Shown: positions 1 through 8,901 of the stretch, piece by piece | How the letters are laid out: each line of letters opens with the position of its first letter | Position numbering within the stretch: position 1 is the first letter of the stretch | Origin: Desulfosudaceae bacterium | GTDB taxonomy: Bacteria; Desulfobacterota; Desulfobacteria; Desulfobacterales; Desulfosudaceae | Assembly (NCBI GenBank): GCA_963674745.2 | Contig: CAXXDV010000003.1 | Location: 704,001 to 768,000, forward strand | DNA length: 64,000 nt | Direction of reading: 5' to 3' | Notes under the pieces: model-generated | What the model was told of the DNA's origin: nothing | The model's database searches: none | The model's input: the letters and a program-made list of their open reading frames with translations, nothing else | Program-made: the position numbers and the translations under genes

Positions 1-988
1 GCGCGCCGGGTCCTGTCCGGGCCGGATACCACACCACATAGTTGATTTGAAGAACCGGTTGTCCGTTATAAAAGGCATTGGTGAAATAATAGTACATGGT
101 CGGCCGGTCACCGGCCACGATGATATTATGCTCCTGCCATTTGATGGCACCGATACGGTCGTCATCACCACGGATATCCTGGGTCAGAACCGGCGCGAAG
201 GCTGTGGCCAGCACCTGTTGGGTGTTTTCATTGGGTCGGGGGACGGACAGGGCATTGTTTGATGCTTTGAGTATCATCCGTTTGATCTCCTCGGTCGAAA
301 GATCATAGCGCTGGTCCGGTATATAGGAAATCCAAGTCCCCCCGGGCAAAATGTTGTCAGTTTTCCTGTTGAGCCAGCGCGTCATCCGTTTATGGGCTTT
401 TTTGGTCAGAAAAGCGACCGGCAGGGCGGCCAGGGGATAGACCCCGGCCACACGCATGGTGGTTTTATATTCACTCGGGCATTGGACCGCCTCTGACAAG
501 GATTCATAAAATCCAGGCAGACTTCGATGTGCGGACAGCAGGCTGGCGGCACACGTTTCGGCATGGGTGGATAATGCCGCGATCGTGGGTGATAAACCCG
601 CCCTGTCTGCCAGTTCTTGTCGTGCCTGTTTTGGCAGGCAGGCAATCTCGGTGTATCTGGCCCTGGTGTCCCGGGCTCGCATCCAGTCGACCCATACATC
701 TTTTTCCGCCTGATTGGCAACACGGTTTTTCAGTCCGCATAAAAAACGGTCGGTTCTAAGATACGGAAAACCTTCCAGCCGGAACACGGCGGCATTGTTG
801 ACACCCGCCTCGGCCACTGCTTTATCCAGGTCCATAAGAAAAGCCGCGCTGGCGGCTGTATCATCGCCAGCCGGAAAAACAGAGGGTTTTACACCCGGCG
901 CGCAGGCACTTAAAGACAGTGCGCCTATGATGATAATGAACAGAATTTGAAACCGTTGTTTAAACTGTTTCGTGCTTAAAAATCTCAT
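1..988 (-). CDS. Putative lipoprotein of unknown function, truncated by the left window edge
   Basis: Translated by hand (absent from the ORF track because it has no stop): ATG at 988, MRFLSTKQFKQRFQILFIIIIGALSLSAC-APG (basic N-terminus, hydrophobic core, lipobox LSAC); frame stays open to base 1 (...QINYVVWYPARTGPGA). Confidence 0.75.
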   Translation of the reverse strand, partial: MRFLSTKQFKQRFQILFIIIIGALSLSACAPGVKPSVFPAGDDTAASAAFLMDLDKAVAEAGVNNAAVFRLEGFPYLRTDRFLCGLKNRVANQAEKDVWVDWMRARDTRARYTEIACLPKQARQELADRAGLSPTIAALSTHAETCAASLLSAHRSLPGFYESLSEAVQCPSEYKTTMRVAGVYPLAALPVAFLTKKAHKRMTRWLNRKTDNILPGGTWISYIPDQRYDLSTEEIKRMILKASNNALSVPRPNENTQQVLATAFAPVLTQDIRGDDDRIGAIKWQEHNIIVAGDRPTMYYYFTNAFYNGQPVLQINYVVWYPARTGPGA

Positions 989-1238
989 CTGTCTTTAGTC
1001 CTTTCGGAATTTTAGACCTTTTTAAATACCCTCCTAACTGATCATCAGATGTTTTTGACCGGTATTTTAATTTTATATAAGGTCTGTTGCCATCATTCGG
1101 ATGAAATCCGGTTTGGAGGTGTTCTCTTTCAAAGTTTTTTAGTTCTCTGAACGAGCCGTTGTTCTCGACGTAAACATATGGGTAAGGTATTTGTAGAGCC
1201 TCTTCTGGTGAAACAATTGCGCGAGAAAGTTTGTTCAT
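960..1238 (-). CDS. Small hypothetical protein (92 aa) in an AT-rich patch
   Basis: ATG with upstream AAGAG; protein-like composition (PYPYVYVENNGSFREL...DGNRPYIK); co-oriented with neighbours, 29-bp overlap with the lipoprotein start. Confidence 0.55.
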   Translation of the reverse strand: MNKLSRAIVSPEEALQIPYPYVYVENNGSFRELKNFEREHLQTGFHPNDGNRPYIKLKYRSKTSDDQLGGYLKRSKIPKGLKTDEIFKHETV

Positions 1239-1356
1239 ATCTCTTTTAATTTGTGTTGTCCGCAGTGTGTTATTTTATTATCCCCTCATAATTGATTCTG
1301 CCTGATTTTTTGCGAAATTCAAGAGATTTATCCATAATTGTTTCCGCCCGTTAGAA

Positions 1357-1382
1357 GGGCACCCACAGGGGGGTGCCCCTAC
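1357..1382 (-). repeat. GTAG-type REP element (single copy)
   Basis: Minus strand reads GTAGGGGCACCCCCCTGTGGGTGCCC: GTAG tetranucleotide plus GC-rich hairpin; one mismatch to the copy at 36365-36390. Confidence 0.8.
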
Positions 1383-1496
1383 AGTTTTACGGTTTGCGTT
1401 TTGCAGAATGAATCAAGAGCCCGGGGCATATTTTACAGGTGGCTTAAACCGCCGGCTATATGCCCACATCCCTTCGGGATAAATTTGTACCGCCAA

Positions 1497-4400
1497 TTAA
1501 ATTTTAAAATAGGGGCAATCCTTCTGGATACACTCCCTGTTCCTGCCCTGCTGGCGGCACTGAACATCTCCGTCGGCCTTTAATGGCAGGGGCAGGTAGG
1601 TCTCGGATAATTCAGCCGCCGCCTTTAAAGCCGTCCAGACCTCACGCTGACAGCAGCGGGCGGCTTCCGTCCGGTTCAATCGGCTGATAATGGCTTCGGA
1701 AACCTTTTGAATGATCTGGCGGGGGCCGGGTGCGAGCGGGTTGCTTTTTAAAATAATGCCAAAGGCGATACCCACGCCCACGGCCGCGCCGCAGGTACCC
1801 CAGAATCCGCAGGCCCCGCCGGGTACGGCGCGTCCCCGTTCAATGGCGGTAACAATATCCTTTTCGGTCAGGTCGCCCCCCAGGTTTTTGTAAGTCGCGG
1901 TAATTACCCCCGGTACCGCAAAATGGTGCTCGGGACCGTGAACGGAAAAAGCCGGGTGCCGTCTGAGTTGATTGATCAGGTCGATCATGTCCACTAAGTC
2001 GGTATGGGTACAGACATGTTTGACAATATCGACCATGTCGCTGCCATGGCAACTGTCACAGACAAAGTGACCGTCTTCGCAGGCCGCGTTGGCCATGAGT
2101 TTATTCCCGCAGAAAACGCAGGTTTCCTGCCGGTCTTCGGAAAAATAGATCAGTGGCTTACCGCACAGCATGCAATCCCGACTGTGTTTTGGATCATTGT
2201 TCATAAAAAGAGCTGTAACGGGGGCCGGTTTGTCCCCGGCCGATCGACTGTCCTCAGGCGGAACGGAACAGTCACAACTCACAGCACCTTCAGGTGGTAT
2301 GCCACAGCTGCAGGCATTGGCTGCTTCTATGTTGTCGACATTGCCCATGGCATCGAGTTTGAAAATCGCTGAATCACCCTGGGCGTCATAGGGCCAGTTA
2401 ATTTCCGATACCTGTCCCCGCAGCAATAACTCTCCATCGTCGGTTACCACGGCCGCGTAAGGACCGGGATACATGGCCGGGGATTTTTCTTCCGGCATGG
2501 GCCGAAAGGCCGTATAGGTGACCGAATAAAAGTGGTGCCCCAGGACTTCTTTGTAGAAAAAACGTTTGACGATGCGGATATGGCAGAACCCGGCCGATTC
2601 CAGGATGGCGATCAGATGGGGCTGGACCAGGGCGCCGGCAATGCATTCTCCGCGCAGTTTGGCATCATTCTGAATGGCCGGCGGGCAGGGGGTGTCGGTG
2701 ACGACGTCGGAAATGAAGATCCGTCCCCCGGGCGTAAGAACTCGGAATATCTCGGAAAATGTCCGGCGCTTATCTTCGGAAAGGTTGATCACACAGTTGG
2801 ATATGACCACGTCAACCGTTTTGTCGCTTACGGGAAGCTGCTCGAGAAAGCCCTTTTTAAATTCGACGTTCCGGTATCCCAGGTTATCGGCCACTTCATC
2901 CATGGGGCGCCGGGCCAGGGCCAGCATATTGTCCAGCATATCGATGCCTGTCACCGAACCTTTCGGTCCGACCTTGCGGGCGGCAATGTAACATTCGACC
3001 CCGGCGCCCGAACCCAGGTCAACAACTGTTTCACCGGGTTTAATGGCGGCATCCAGCACCGGGCTGCCGCATCCGTATGAGCGGATCCGGGCTGCGGGCG
3101 GGATGTGCGGCATCTCGGCATCGGGATAACAGACCGGGTTGGTGATGTCTGTGTTCTCATCTTCTGCGGCGGTGGAATAAAATTCGCCGACAACCCCGCG
3201 GGTGCCGGAGAAAGTCAGTACGCAGTTGGAATGGGTCAGGGCAACACCTTCCCCTTCCTGAATGCAGTGCAGCAGTTTTTCCCCCATTTTTCGCCGGATC
3301 TGGGGCCAGGGCCGTTCTTCGACAATTTGGGCGGATTGAACCATCAGCCACAATGCCAGACGATTATAGAGCGGTACATAAGGATCATGACCGACATAGG
3401 CACCACCGGCATAATAGCTGTGGTCAATGTCGCCACCGCCGATGATATATTTCAGGGGGTTGGCATTGTAGTTGGTATCGCTCACGATGGATAATTCCCG
3501 AAGGGACGCCAGCGCCGGACTGTTTCGCCAGACGTTTTCCAGGTTTTCGGAAATGTGACCGCAGACCGTGTCTTTGCGGCCGATCAAGGCGGGGGTGGGG
3601 TAAACACTGCCGTTCGGGCCGATGGCCAGCGACTCCCAGCCGGCATTGCCAAGATCGTATCTGGTCCCCGGCGTGGAAAACACCTGGGCTGACAGGTTGG
3701 AGATATTATCGATGGTCACATTGTTTTTTTTCGCCAGGGCATGAGATTGAACCAGGTCGGAAAACAGTGCGTCGGCCGGCACATACGACAGGCCGGATGC
3801 CCGTCCGGTGTTCAGCAGCCACATGTAGTGGACGCTGTTGATGTTGTGCCGTGCGGCCAGTGACACCATGTCCGTCATCTGGTGCCGGTTATCGGGCGTA
3901 ACCGCCATGGAAAGGGTCGTCTGGAGGCCCAGCCCGTCAAGGGCCGTCAGCCCGTTTACGATTTTTGCAAATGATCCCTTGCCTCGCAGGTCGTCGTTGA
4001 CATCTTCAAGTCCGTCCAGGCTGACCTGGAGAAAAAGCCGGTCGGATGGCAGCGACTGTAAAAAGGACCGTTGTTCCGGTAGTAAAATGCCGTTGGTCAG
4101 GATGGCCAGCATGGTATCGGGAAAATCAAACAGAACCAGACGGCATATCTGTTGAAAGTCCGGATGAACAAGGGGCTCTCCACCGGTCAGGTAAAAGACG
4201 CGGGTGCCCAGGCCGTATGCATCAGAAACAACCGTCTTGATCGATTCCAGGGAAAGCGTCGTCTGTGTCTTTGCCGAGCATGAAAACAGGCAATGACGGC
4301 AGGACAGGTTGCATTGATCGGTAATATGCAGCCAGCATTCTTTCAAGTGGTTCAGTTGCAGAGCGCCGGCACGTCCGTCATAATCTTCGATTTCCGGAGA

Positions 4401-4640
4401 CGTCAGCAGGGAAAGAAACTGGGTTACACGCATGATGTCCGCAAAATCGGTTCCGCCGGATGCTTTGGCATGATATCGGCGATCGCCGATAATCGCCATC
4501 TCACCATATTCGATTACATTCTGCAGCAAGCGGTCTCCGGTTGAACTGGGGACCATCCAGTCCGGCGTATCAGGCCGGATAAATACCGGTGTATTATCAA
4601 GTTCAAATCTTACCCAGTCCTCGAAACGGTTTTTCTTCAC
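1497..4640 (-). CDS. Radical SAM / SPASM-like / ArsM-like SAM methyltransferase / DUF5714 fusion protein
   Basis: CNLSCRHC motif, TGGEP, LTNG, VSLDG; ArsM-like motifs YGCGSP, VVDLGSGAG, ISNCVINLS, GECIAGAL; Cys-rich C-terminus CMLCG..CVFCG..GHFVCDSCH..HGPEHH..GACGFWGTCGAA..RCCQR matching DUF5714. GTG start with upstream AGAGGA. Confidence 0.85.
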   Translation of the reverse strand: MKKNRFEDWVRFELDNTPVFIRPDTPDWMVPSSTGDRLLQNVIEYGEMAIIGDRRYHAKASGGTDFADIMRVTQFLSLLTSPEIEDYDGRAGALQLNHLKECWLHITDQCNLSCRHCLFSCSAKTQTTLSLESIKTVVSDAYGLGTRVFYLTGGEPLVHPDFQQICRLVLFDFPDTMLAILTNGILLPEQRSFLQSLPSDRLFLQVSLDGLEDVNDDLRGKGSFAKIVNGLTALDGLGLQTTLSMAVTPDNRHQMTDMVSLAARHNINSVHYMWLLNTGRASGLSYVPADALFSDLVQSHALAKKNNVTIDNISNLSAQVFSTPGTRYDLGNAGWESLAIGPNGSVYPTPALIGRKDTVCGHISENLENVWRNSPALASLRELSIVSDTNYNANPLKYIIGGGDIDHSYYAGGAYVGHDPYVPLYNRLALWLMVQSAQIVEERPWPQIRRKMGEKLLHCIQEGEGVALTHSNCVLTFSGTRGVVGEFYSTAAEDENTDITNPVCYPDAEMPHIPPAARIRSYGCGSPVLDAAIKPGETVVDLGSGAGVECYIAARKVGPKGSVTGIDMLDNMLALARRPMDEVADNLGYRNVEFKKGFLEQLPVSDKTVDVVISNCVINLSEDKRRTFSEIFRVLTPGGRIFISDVVTDTPCPPAIQNDAKLRGECIAGALVQPHLIAILESAGFCHIRIVKRFFYKEVLGHHFYSVTYTAFRPMPEEKSPAMYPGPYAAVVTDDGELLLRGQVSEINWPYDAQGDSAIFKLDAMGNVDNIEAANACSCGIPPEGAVSCDCSVPPEDSRSAGDKPAPVTALFMNNDPKHSRDCMLCGKPLIYFSEDRQETCVFCGNKLMANAACEDGHFVCDSCHGSDMVDIVKHVCTHTDLVDMIDLINQLRRHPAFSVHGPEHHFAVPGVITATYKNLGGDLTEKDIVTAIERGRAVPGGACGFWGTCGAAVGVGIAFGIILKSNPLAPGPRQIIQKVSEAIISRLNRTEAARCCQREVWTALKAAAELSETYLPLPLKADGDVQCRQQGRNRECIQKDCPYFKI

Positions 4641-4664
4641 ATCAATCCTCTATAAAAATTCGGG

Positions 4665-6806
4665 TTATCCGCGTCGCCAGGCCAGGTAGCGTTGGACCAG
4701 GCCAAGGGCCTTTTCCGGCACCCGGGCTTTTTTCCACTCACCGGCCGCGAAACGGTTGGCCTCCGTCAGCGTGGGATAAATATGTATGGTGCCGAGCATT
4801 TTATTTAACCCGATATTGTGCTTCATGGCCAGGACAAATTCGGCGATCAGGTCGTCGGCCTGAGAACCGACGATGGTGACGCCAAGGATTGTATCTTTAC
4901 CCGGCCGGGTCAATACCTTGACAAACCCTCTGGCTTCCGAGTCGGTAATGGCCCGGTCAAGATCGTCAATATGATAACGGGTGATTTCATAGTCGATGTC
5001 GGCCGCTTGGGCTTCGGTTTCATTCAGGCCCACCCGGGCCACTTCCGGATCGGTAAACGTCGCCCATGGAATGACCCGGTAATCGATTTTGAATTTTTTG
5101 ATGCCGCCGAACAAGGCGTTTACAGCCGCGAACCAGGCCTGGTAAGCGGCCACGTGGGTGAACTGAAAGGGGCCGACCACGTCACCGGCGGCGTAAATAT
5201 TGGGCAGGGCGGTCTGCAACCGGTCATTGGTTTTGACGGTGCCGTTGGGATTGACCGCGACACCGATTTCTTCCAGGCCGAAGCCCCGGGTGTTGGCCCG
5301 GCGTCCCACAGCTACCAGCAGGGCGTCGAATTCAATGGTGACATCCCGGTCATCATGAAGGCAGACCAGTATTTTTTTGTCCTGTTCAACCCGGACTTCT
5401 TTGGCCTGGTGACGGGTCAGAACGGTTATGCCTTCTTCAATAAAGGTGTTTTTAATGAAATCCGCGACATCCTTGTCTTCACGGCCCATGATCTGGTGTG
5501 CCATCTCGACCTGTGTGACCCGGGAACCAAGACGCGCAAATGCCTGGCTAAGCTCGCAGCCGATGGGCCCGCCTCCCAGGACGACCAAGCGGTCGGGACG
5601 TTCCTTTAACGACCAGATCGTGTCGGATGTCAGGTAGTCGATCTGATCAAGGCCGGGAATAGGGGGTATCAATGGGCCGGCGCCGGTCGCTACCACGATG
5701 CTCCGGGTGGTGATGATCCTGTCGTTGACTTCGATTTCATAGGGGGAGGTAATCCGGGCCTGCCCGGAGATGCAGTCAACACCCAGATCGGTATACCGTT
5801 CGACGGAATCATGGGGTTCTATTTTTTTGATGATGTCTGTCACCCGCTGCATGACATCGGCAAACTCAAAATCCACCCGCGTCTGACGAAAACCGAATTC
5901 AGAGGCCCGGCGGGCGAAGTTCAGCATTCTGGCACTGCGGATCAGGGCTTTGCTGGGCACGCAACCGGTGTTCAGGCAGTCCCCGCCCATTTTGTCTTTT
6001 TCAATTAATGCCACGCCGGCCTTGACCGTGGCCGCGATATAAGCGGTCACCAGTCCGGCTGAGCCGGCCCCGATAACGACCAGGTTGTAGTCGAACCGGG
6101 ACGGTCGCCGGAAACGTGCCATCGCCCGCCTGTTCTTTACAAAATTCGTAAAGGCCCTGGCAACCCATGGAAACACGCCCAGCAGGGCAAACGAGGCGAT
6201 CAGTGCCGGTGAAAGAATGTCGCCCGGGGATTGGACCCGGGACAGCTGGGTACCGGCATTGATAAACACCAGTGTTCCGGGCAGCATGCCCACCTGGCTG
6301 ACGATATAGAACATGCCGGTCCGGATGGGGGTCAGTCCCATAACGACATTGATCACAAAAAACGGGAATATCGGCACCAGACGGAGGGTGAATAGGTAAA
6401 AGGGACCGTCTTTTTGAATGCCCTCATTGATCTTTTTCAACCGGTCGGCAAAACGGGTCTGGATATAATTTCTTAACAGAAAACGTGCCATCAGGAAGGC
6501 CAGGGTGGCACCGATGGTACTGGCAAAAGAGACAACGATCAGGCCGGTCAGCAGGCCGAACAACGCTCCTCCGGCCAGGGTCATAACAGCTGCTCCGGGA
6601 AGTGACAGGGCGGCCATGATGATGTAGGTGCCGGCATAGACGGCGATGGTCAGCAGGGTATGGTCGGTATAAAAAGCTTCCAGATCGGCCTGTCTGGCCT
6701 TGAGGTTGTCAAAGGTAATATGGTGGTGAAGCCCGGAGGCGAAAAACAGGGTAATCCCCAGGACAATCAGCACAAGCACAAGCAGTTTATAAAATCTACG
6801 GTTCAT
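4665..6806 (-). CDS. VTT/DedA (SNARE-associated) membrane domain fused to a pyridine nucleotide-disulfide oxidoreductase (LpdA/MerA-like)
   Basis: N-terminal hydrophobic domain with LRLVPIFPF..IN; GAGSAG FAD motif, GGDCLNTGCVPSK redox disulfide, GGGPIGCE, AAGDV, HIYPTLTE. No MerA C-terminal Cys-Cys. Confidence 0.9.
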   Translation of the reverse strand: MNRRFYKLLVLVLIVLGITLFFASGLHHHITFDNLKARQADLEAFYTDHTLLTIAVYAGTYIIMAALSLPGAAVMTLAGGALFGLLTGLIVVSFASTIGATLAFLMARFLLRNYIQTRFADRLKKINEGIQKDGPFYLFTLRLVPIFPFFVINVVMGLTPIRTGMFYIVSQVGMLPGTLVFINAGTQLSRVQSPGDILSPALIASFALLGVFPWVARAFTNFVKNRRAMARFRRPSRFDYNLVVIGAGSAGLVTAYIAATVKAGVALIEKDKMGGDCLNTGCVPSKALIRSARMLNFARRASEFGFRQTRVDFEFADVMQRVTDIIKKIEPHDSVERYTDLGVDCISGQARITSPYEIEVNDRIITTRSIVVATGAGPLIPPIPGLDQIDYLTSDTIWSLKERPDRLVVLGGGPIGCELSQAFARLGSRVTQVEMAHQIMGREDKDVADFIKNTFIEEGITVLTRHQAKEVRVEQDKKILVCLHDDRDVTIEFDALLVAVGRRANTRGFGLEEIGVAVNPNGTVKTNDRLQTALPNIYAAGDVVGPFQFTHVAAYQAWFAAVNALFGGIKKFKIDYRVIPWATFTDPEVARVGLNETEAQAADIDYEITRYHIDDLDRAITDSEARGFVKVLTRPGKDTILGVTIVGSQADDLIAEFVLAMKHNIGLNKMLGTIHIYPTLTEANRFAAGEWKKARVPEKALGLVQRYLAWRRG

Positions 6807-6836
6807 TTGAGGCTGATCTCCCGGGTTGTCTGATGA

Positions 6837-7172
6837 TTAGAGTTTTTCTTTATCCAGCCGTTCAAGATAGGCGTCCCATTCCACCGGTACCAGCCGGTTC
6901 TTTTCGGTGTTGCAGGTCTTGCAGGCCGGAACCACGTTGCCTTTTGTGGTTTTACCGCCCCGTGAAAGGGGCACGACATGATCCATTGTCATCTCCGCCG
7001 GCAAAAAGGACCGGCCGCAGTAATGGCAGACACCCCGGGCGATCTGCCTTTTCCACCACTGGGTCTTCCGCATTTCCCGGGCCTTGTTTTTTTCCCGCTT
7101 TATCCCGCTGTCACTGATCAGATTGTCACTGAAACGTGTTGTCCGGCGGTTTCTTTTTGGTCGATCAGCCAC
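6837..7172 (-). CDS. HNH endonuclease
   Basis: CHYC...MDHVVPLSRGG...NVVPACKTCN. True start may be further downstream. Confidence 0.85.
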   Translation of the reverse strand: MADRPKRNRRTTRFSDNLISDSGIKREKNKAREMRKTQWWKRQIARGVCHYCGRSFLPAEMTMDHVVPLSRGGKTTKGNVVPACKTCNTEKNRLVPVEWDAYLERLDKEKL

Positions 7173-7981
7173 TGTTGTACCGCTTGTGTCAGTAATTGAT
7201 AATATTGCCGGGTCCCACCCAGGCCGCGCCGTCCAAAATAATAGTTGATCTCCAGGAAGAACGGCCGTTCGTTTTTTTCTGTTGATGAAAAAATCAGGTC
7301 AAAACCGGCCAGGTTGATGCCGGTTTGATCGCAGAATTTGCTTACCGCCCGGATGCCTTTTTCCCTGAGGTCCGGCCGCGTGTTTTTATCAATGGCGGCG
7401 CCACGGGCGGCGTTGACGCGGAAGTCGTCAGGATTCCGGCTGACCCGCCAGTAAGCGATAATGGTTTTGTATATAACACATACTCTCAGCACCCGGCCAC
7501 CGGTTTCAATGTAATCCTGGACAAGAAAGCCCGGGTCTCCTGTTTTTTCGGTTTTTGCCGCCAGGTCCAGAAACGGGGGAATGCCTTCGGCGGTTTTGAC
7601 CAGAAAGACACCACGGCCTTCGTCCGTTCCGTTCAGTTTCAGTACCACCGGAAAATCAAAGCCCGGATCCCCGGGGTGATTGACGCGGTTGTAAAAATCA
7701 ACGGTGTCAGAGAATATCACGGTTTCCGGGTGGGGTGTGCCGGTTTTCCGGAACAGCCGTATCTGGCCGGTTTTTCCCGGGTAGGCGAATTTGCTGTCAA
7801 AATTCGGAAACACGCTACGGCAATGGGCGCCGGCTGCTTCATACAGTTCTTTTTTGCAGGCCTGGGGCAGAATGACGGCCGAAGCCTGACTGATGGCCGC
7901 GATGTCTTCAGTCGTCAGATTTCTGCCGCCGCAATTGATGAACCGATCACCGGAAAAGCAGGGGTGAAACGAAAGGATCAT
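7118..7981 (-). CDS. ATP-grasp fold protein, RimK-like
   Basis: FPVVLK..GRGVFL, LVQDYI..GRVLRV, FRVNAARG, GFDLIF, FLEIN. Start placed at ATG 7981, overlapping the era stop (ATGA). Confidence 0.8.
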   Translation of the reverse strand: MILSFHPCFSGDRFINCGGRNLTTEDIAAISQASAVILPQACKKELYEAAGAHCRSVFPNFDSKFAYPGKTGQIRLFRKTGTPHPETVIFSDTVDFYNRVNHPGDPGFDFPVVLKLNGTDEGRGVFLVKTAEGIPPFLDLAAKTEKTGDPGFLVQDYIETGGRVLRVCVIYKTIIAYWRVSRNPDDFRVNAARGAAIDKNTRPDLREKGIRAVSKFCDQTGINLAGFDLIFSSTEKNERPFFLEINYYFGRRGLGGTRQYYQLLTQAVQQWLIDQKETAGQHVSVTI

Positions 7982-8901
7982 GAGTAGCCGAACTCCGTCA
8001 AGTTGGCGTCGCTGGAGCGCCATTTGTCCTGGACCCGCACAAAAAGCTCCAGGTATACTCTGGCGCCGGTCATGCGCTGAATATCCAGGCGGCTTTTTTC
8101 ACCGATCTCTTTCAGCTGTTGTCCTTTTTTGCCGATGATAATGCCTTTTTGTGAGGACCTTTCCACATGAATAGTGGCCTGGATATGGATTACCGCGCCG
8201 CCCTTTTTTTCTTTGAATGAATCAATGCTGACAGCCGTTGAATATGGGATCTCCTGGTTGGTCAGGCGAAAAATCTTTTCCCTGATCATTTCCGCGGCAA
8301 TAAACCGTTCCGGCATATCGGTTACCATGTCATCCGGAAACAGGGGGGCACCGGAAGGAAGAAGCGTTTCCAGCACCCGGACCAGTTCGTCGGCCTGGTC
8401 ACCATGTTTGGCGGATACCGGAACAATATCGGAAAAGGCGTAGATGGTTCGCCATTGATCAATGTGCGCCAGAATGTCTGGCTTTTTGATCAGGTCGATT
8501 TTGTTCAGGGCCAGGACGACCGGCGTATTTATCCTTTCCAACTGGCGGACGATCAGCCTTGAATCGTTCATGCGGGGTCGGCCGGAAACGTCAATCATCA
8601 TCAGTATAAGGTCGACATCAGCCAGGGCGGATATGGCCGTATTGACGATCCGGGTATTGAGTTTGCCGGTGGCTTTGAAAATACCGGGCGTATCGATAAA
8701 GACCAGTTGCGATTTCTCCCGGCTGACAATACCCAGAATCCGGTTCCGGGTCGTCTGCGGTTTGTTTGACGTAATGGAGATTTTTTCGCCGGTCAGCCGG
8801 TTGAGCAGGGTCGATTTGCCGGCATTGGGCGGTCCGCAGATGGCGATAAATCCGGATCGGAAATCATTCTCCGGGTGGTTGTTTTGTGTCTTGCTCGTCA
8901 T
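7978..8901 (-). CDS. era: GTPase Era
   Basis: GPPNAGKSTLLN, KPQTTR, DTPG, NKID, C-terminal KH domain (EIPYS, QKGIIIGKKG). Confidence 0.97.
   Translation of the reverse strand: MTSKTQNNHPENDFRSGFIAICGPPNAGKSTLLNRLTGEKISITSNKPQTTRNRILGIVSREKSQLVFIDTPGIFKATGKLNTRIVNTAISALADVDLILMMIDVSGRPRMNDSRLIVRQLERINTPVVLALNKIDLIKKPDILAHIDQWRTIYAFSDIVPVSAKHGDQADELVRVLETLLPSGAPLFPDDMVTDMPERFIAAEMIREKIFRLTNQEIPYSTAVSIDSFKEKKGGAVIHIQATIHVERSSQKGIIIGKKGQQLKEIGEKSRLDIQRMTGARVYLELFVRVQDKWRSSDANLTEFGYS

Noticed and set aside
4665..6806. Mercuric reductase merA
   Set aside because: No C-terminal Cys-Cys, no N-terminal HMA domain and no other mer genes.
6837..7172. HNH as a mobile homing endonuclease or defence nuclease
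   Set aside because: Small standalone gene in a housekeeping run, with no intron, methylase or mobile-element context.
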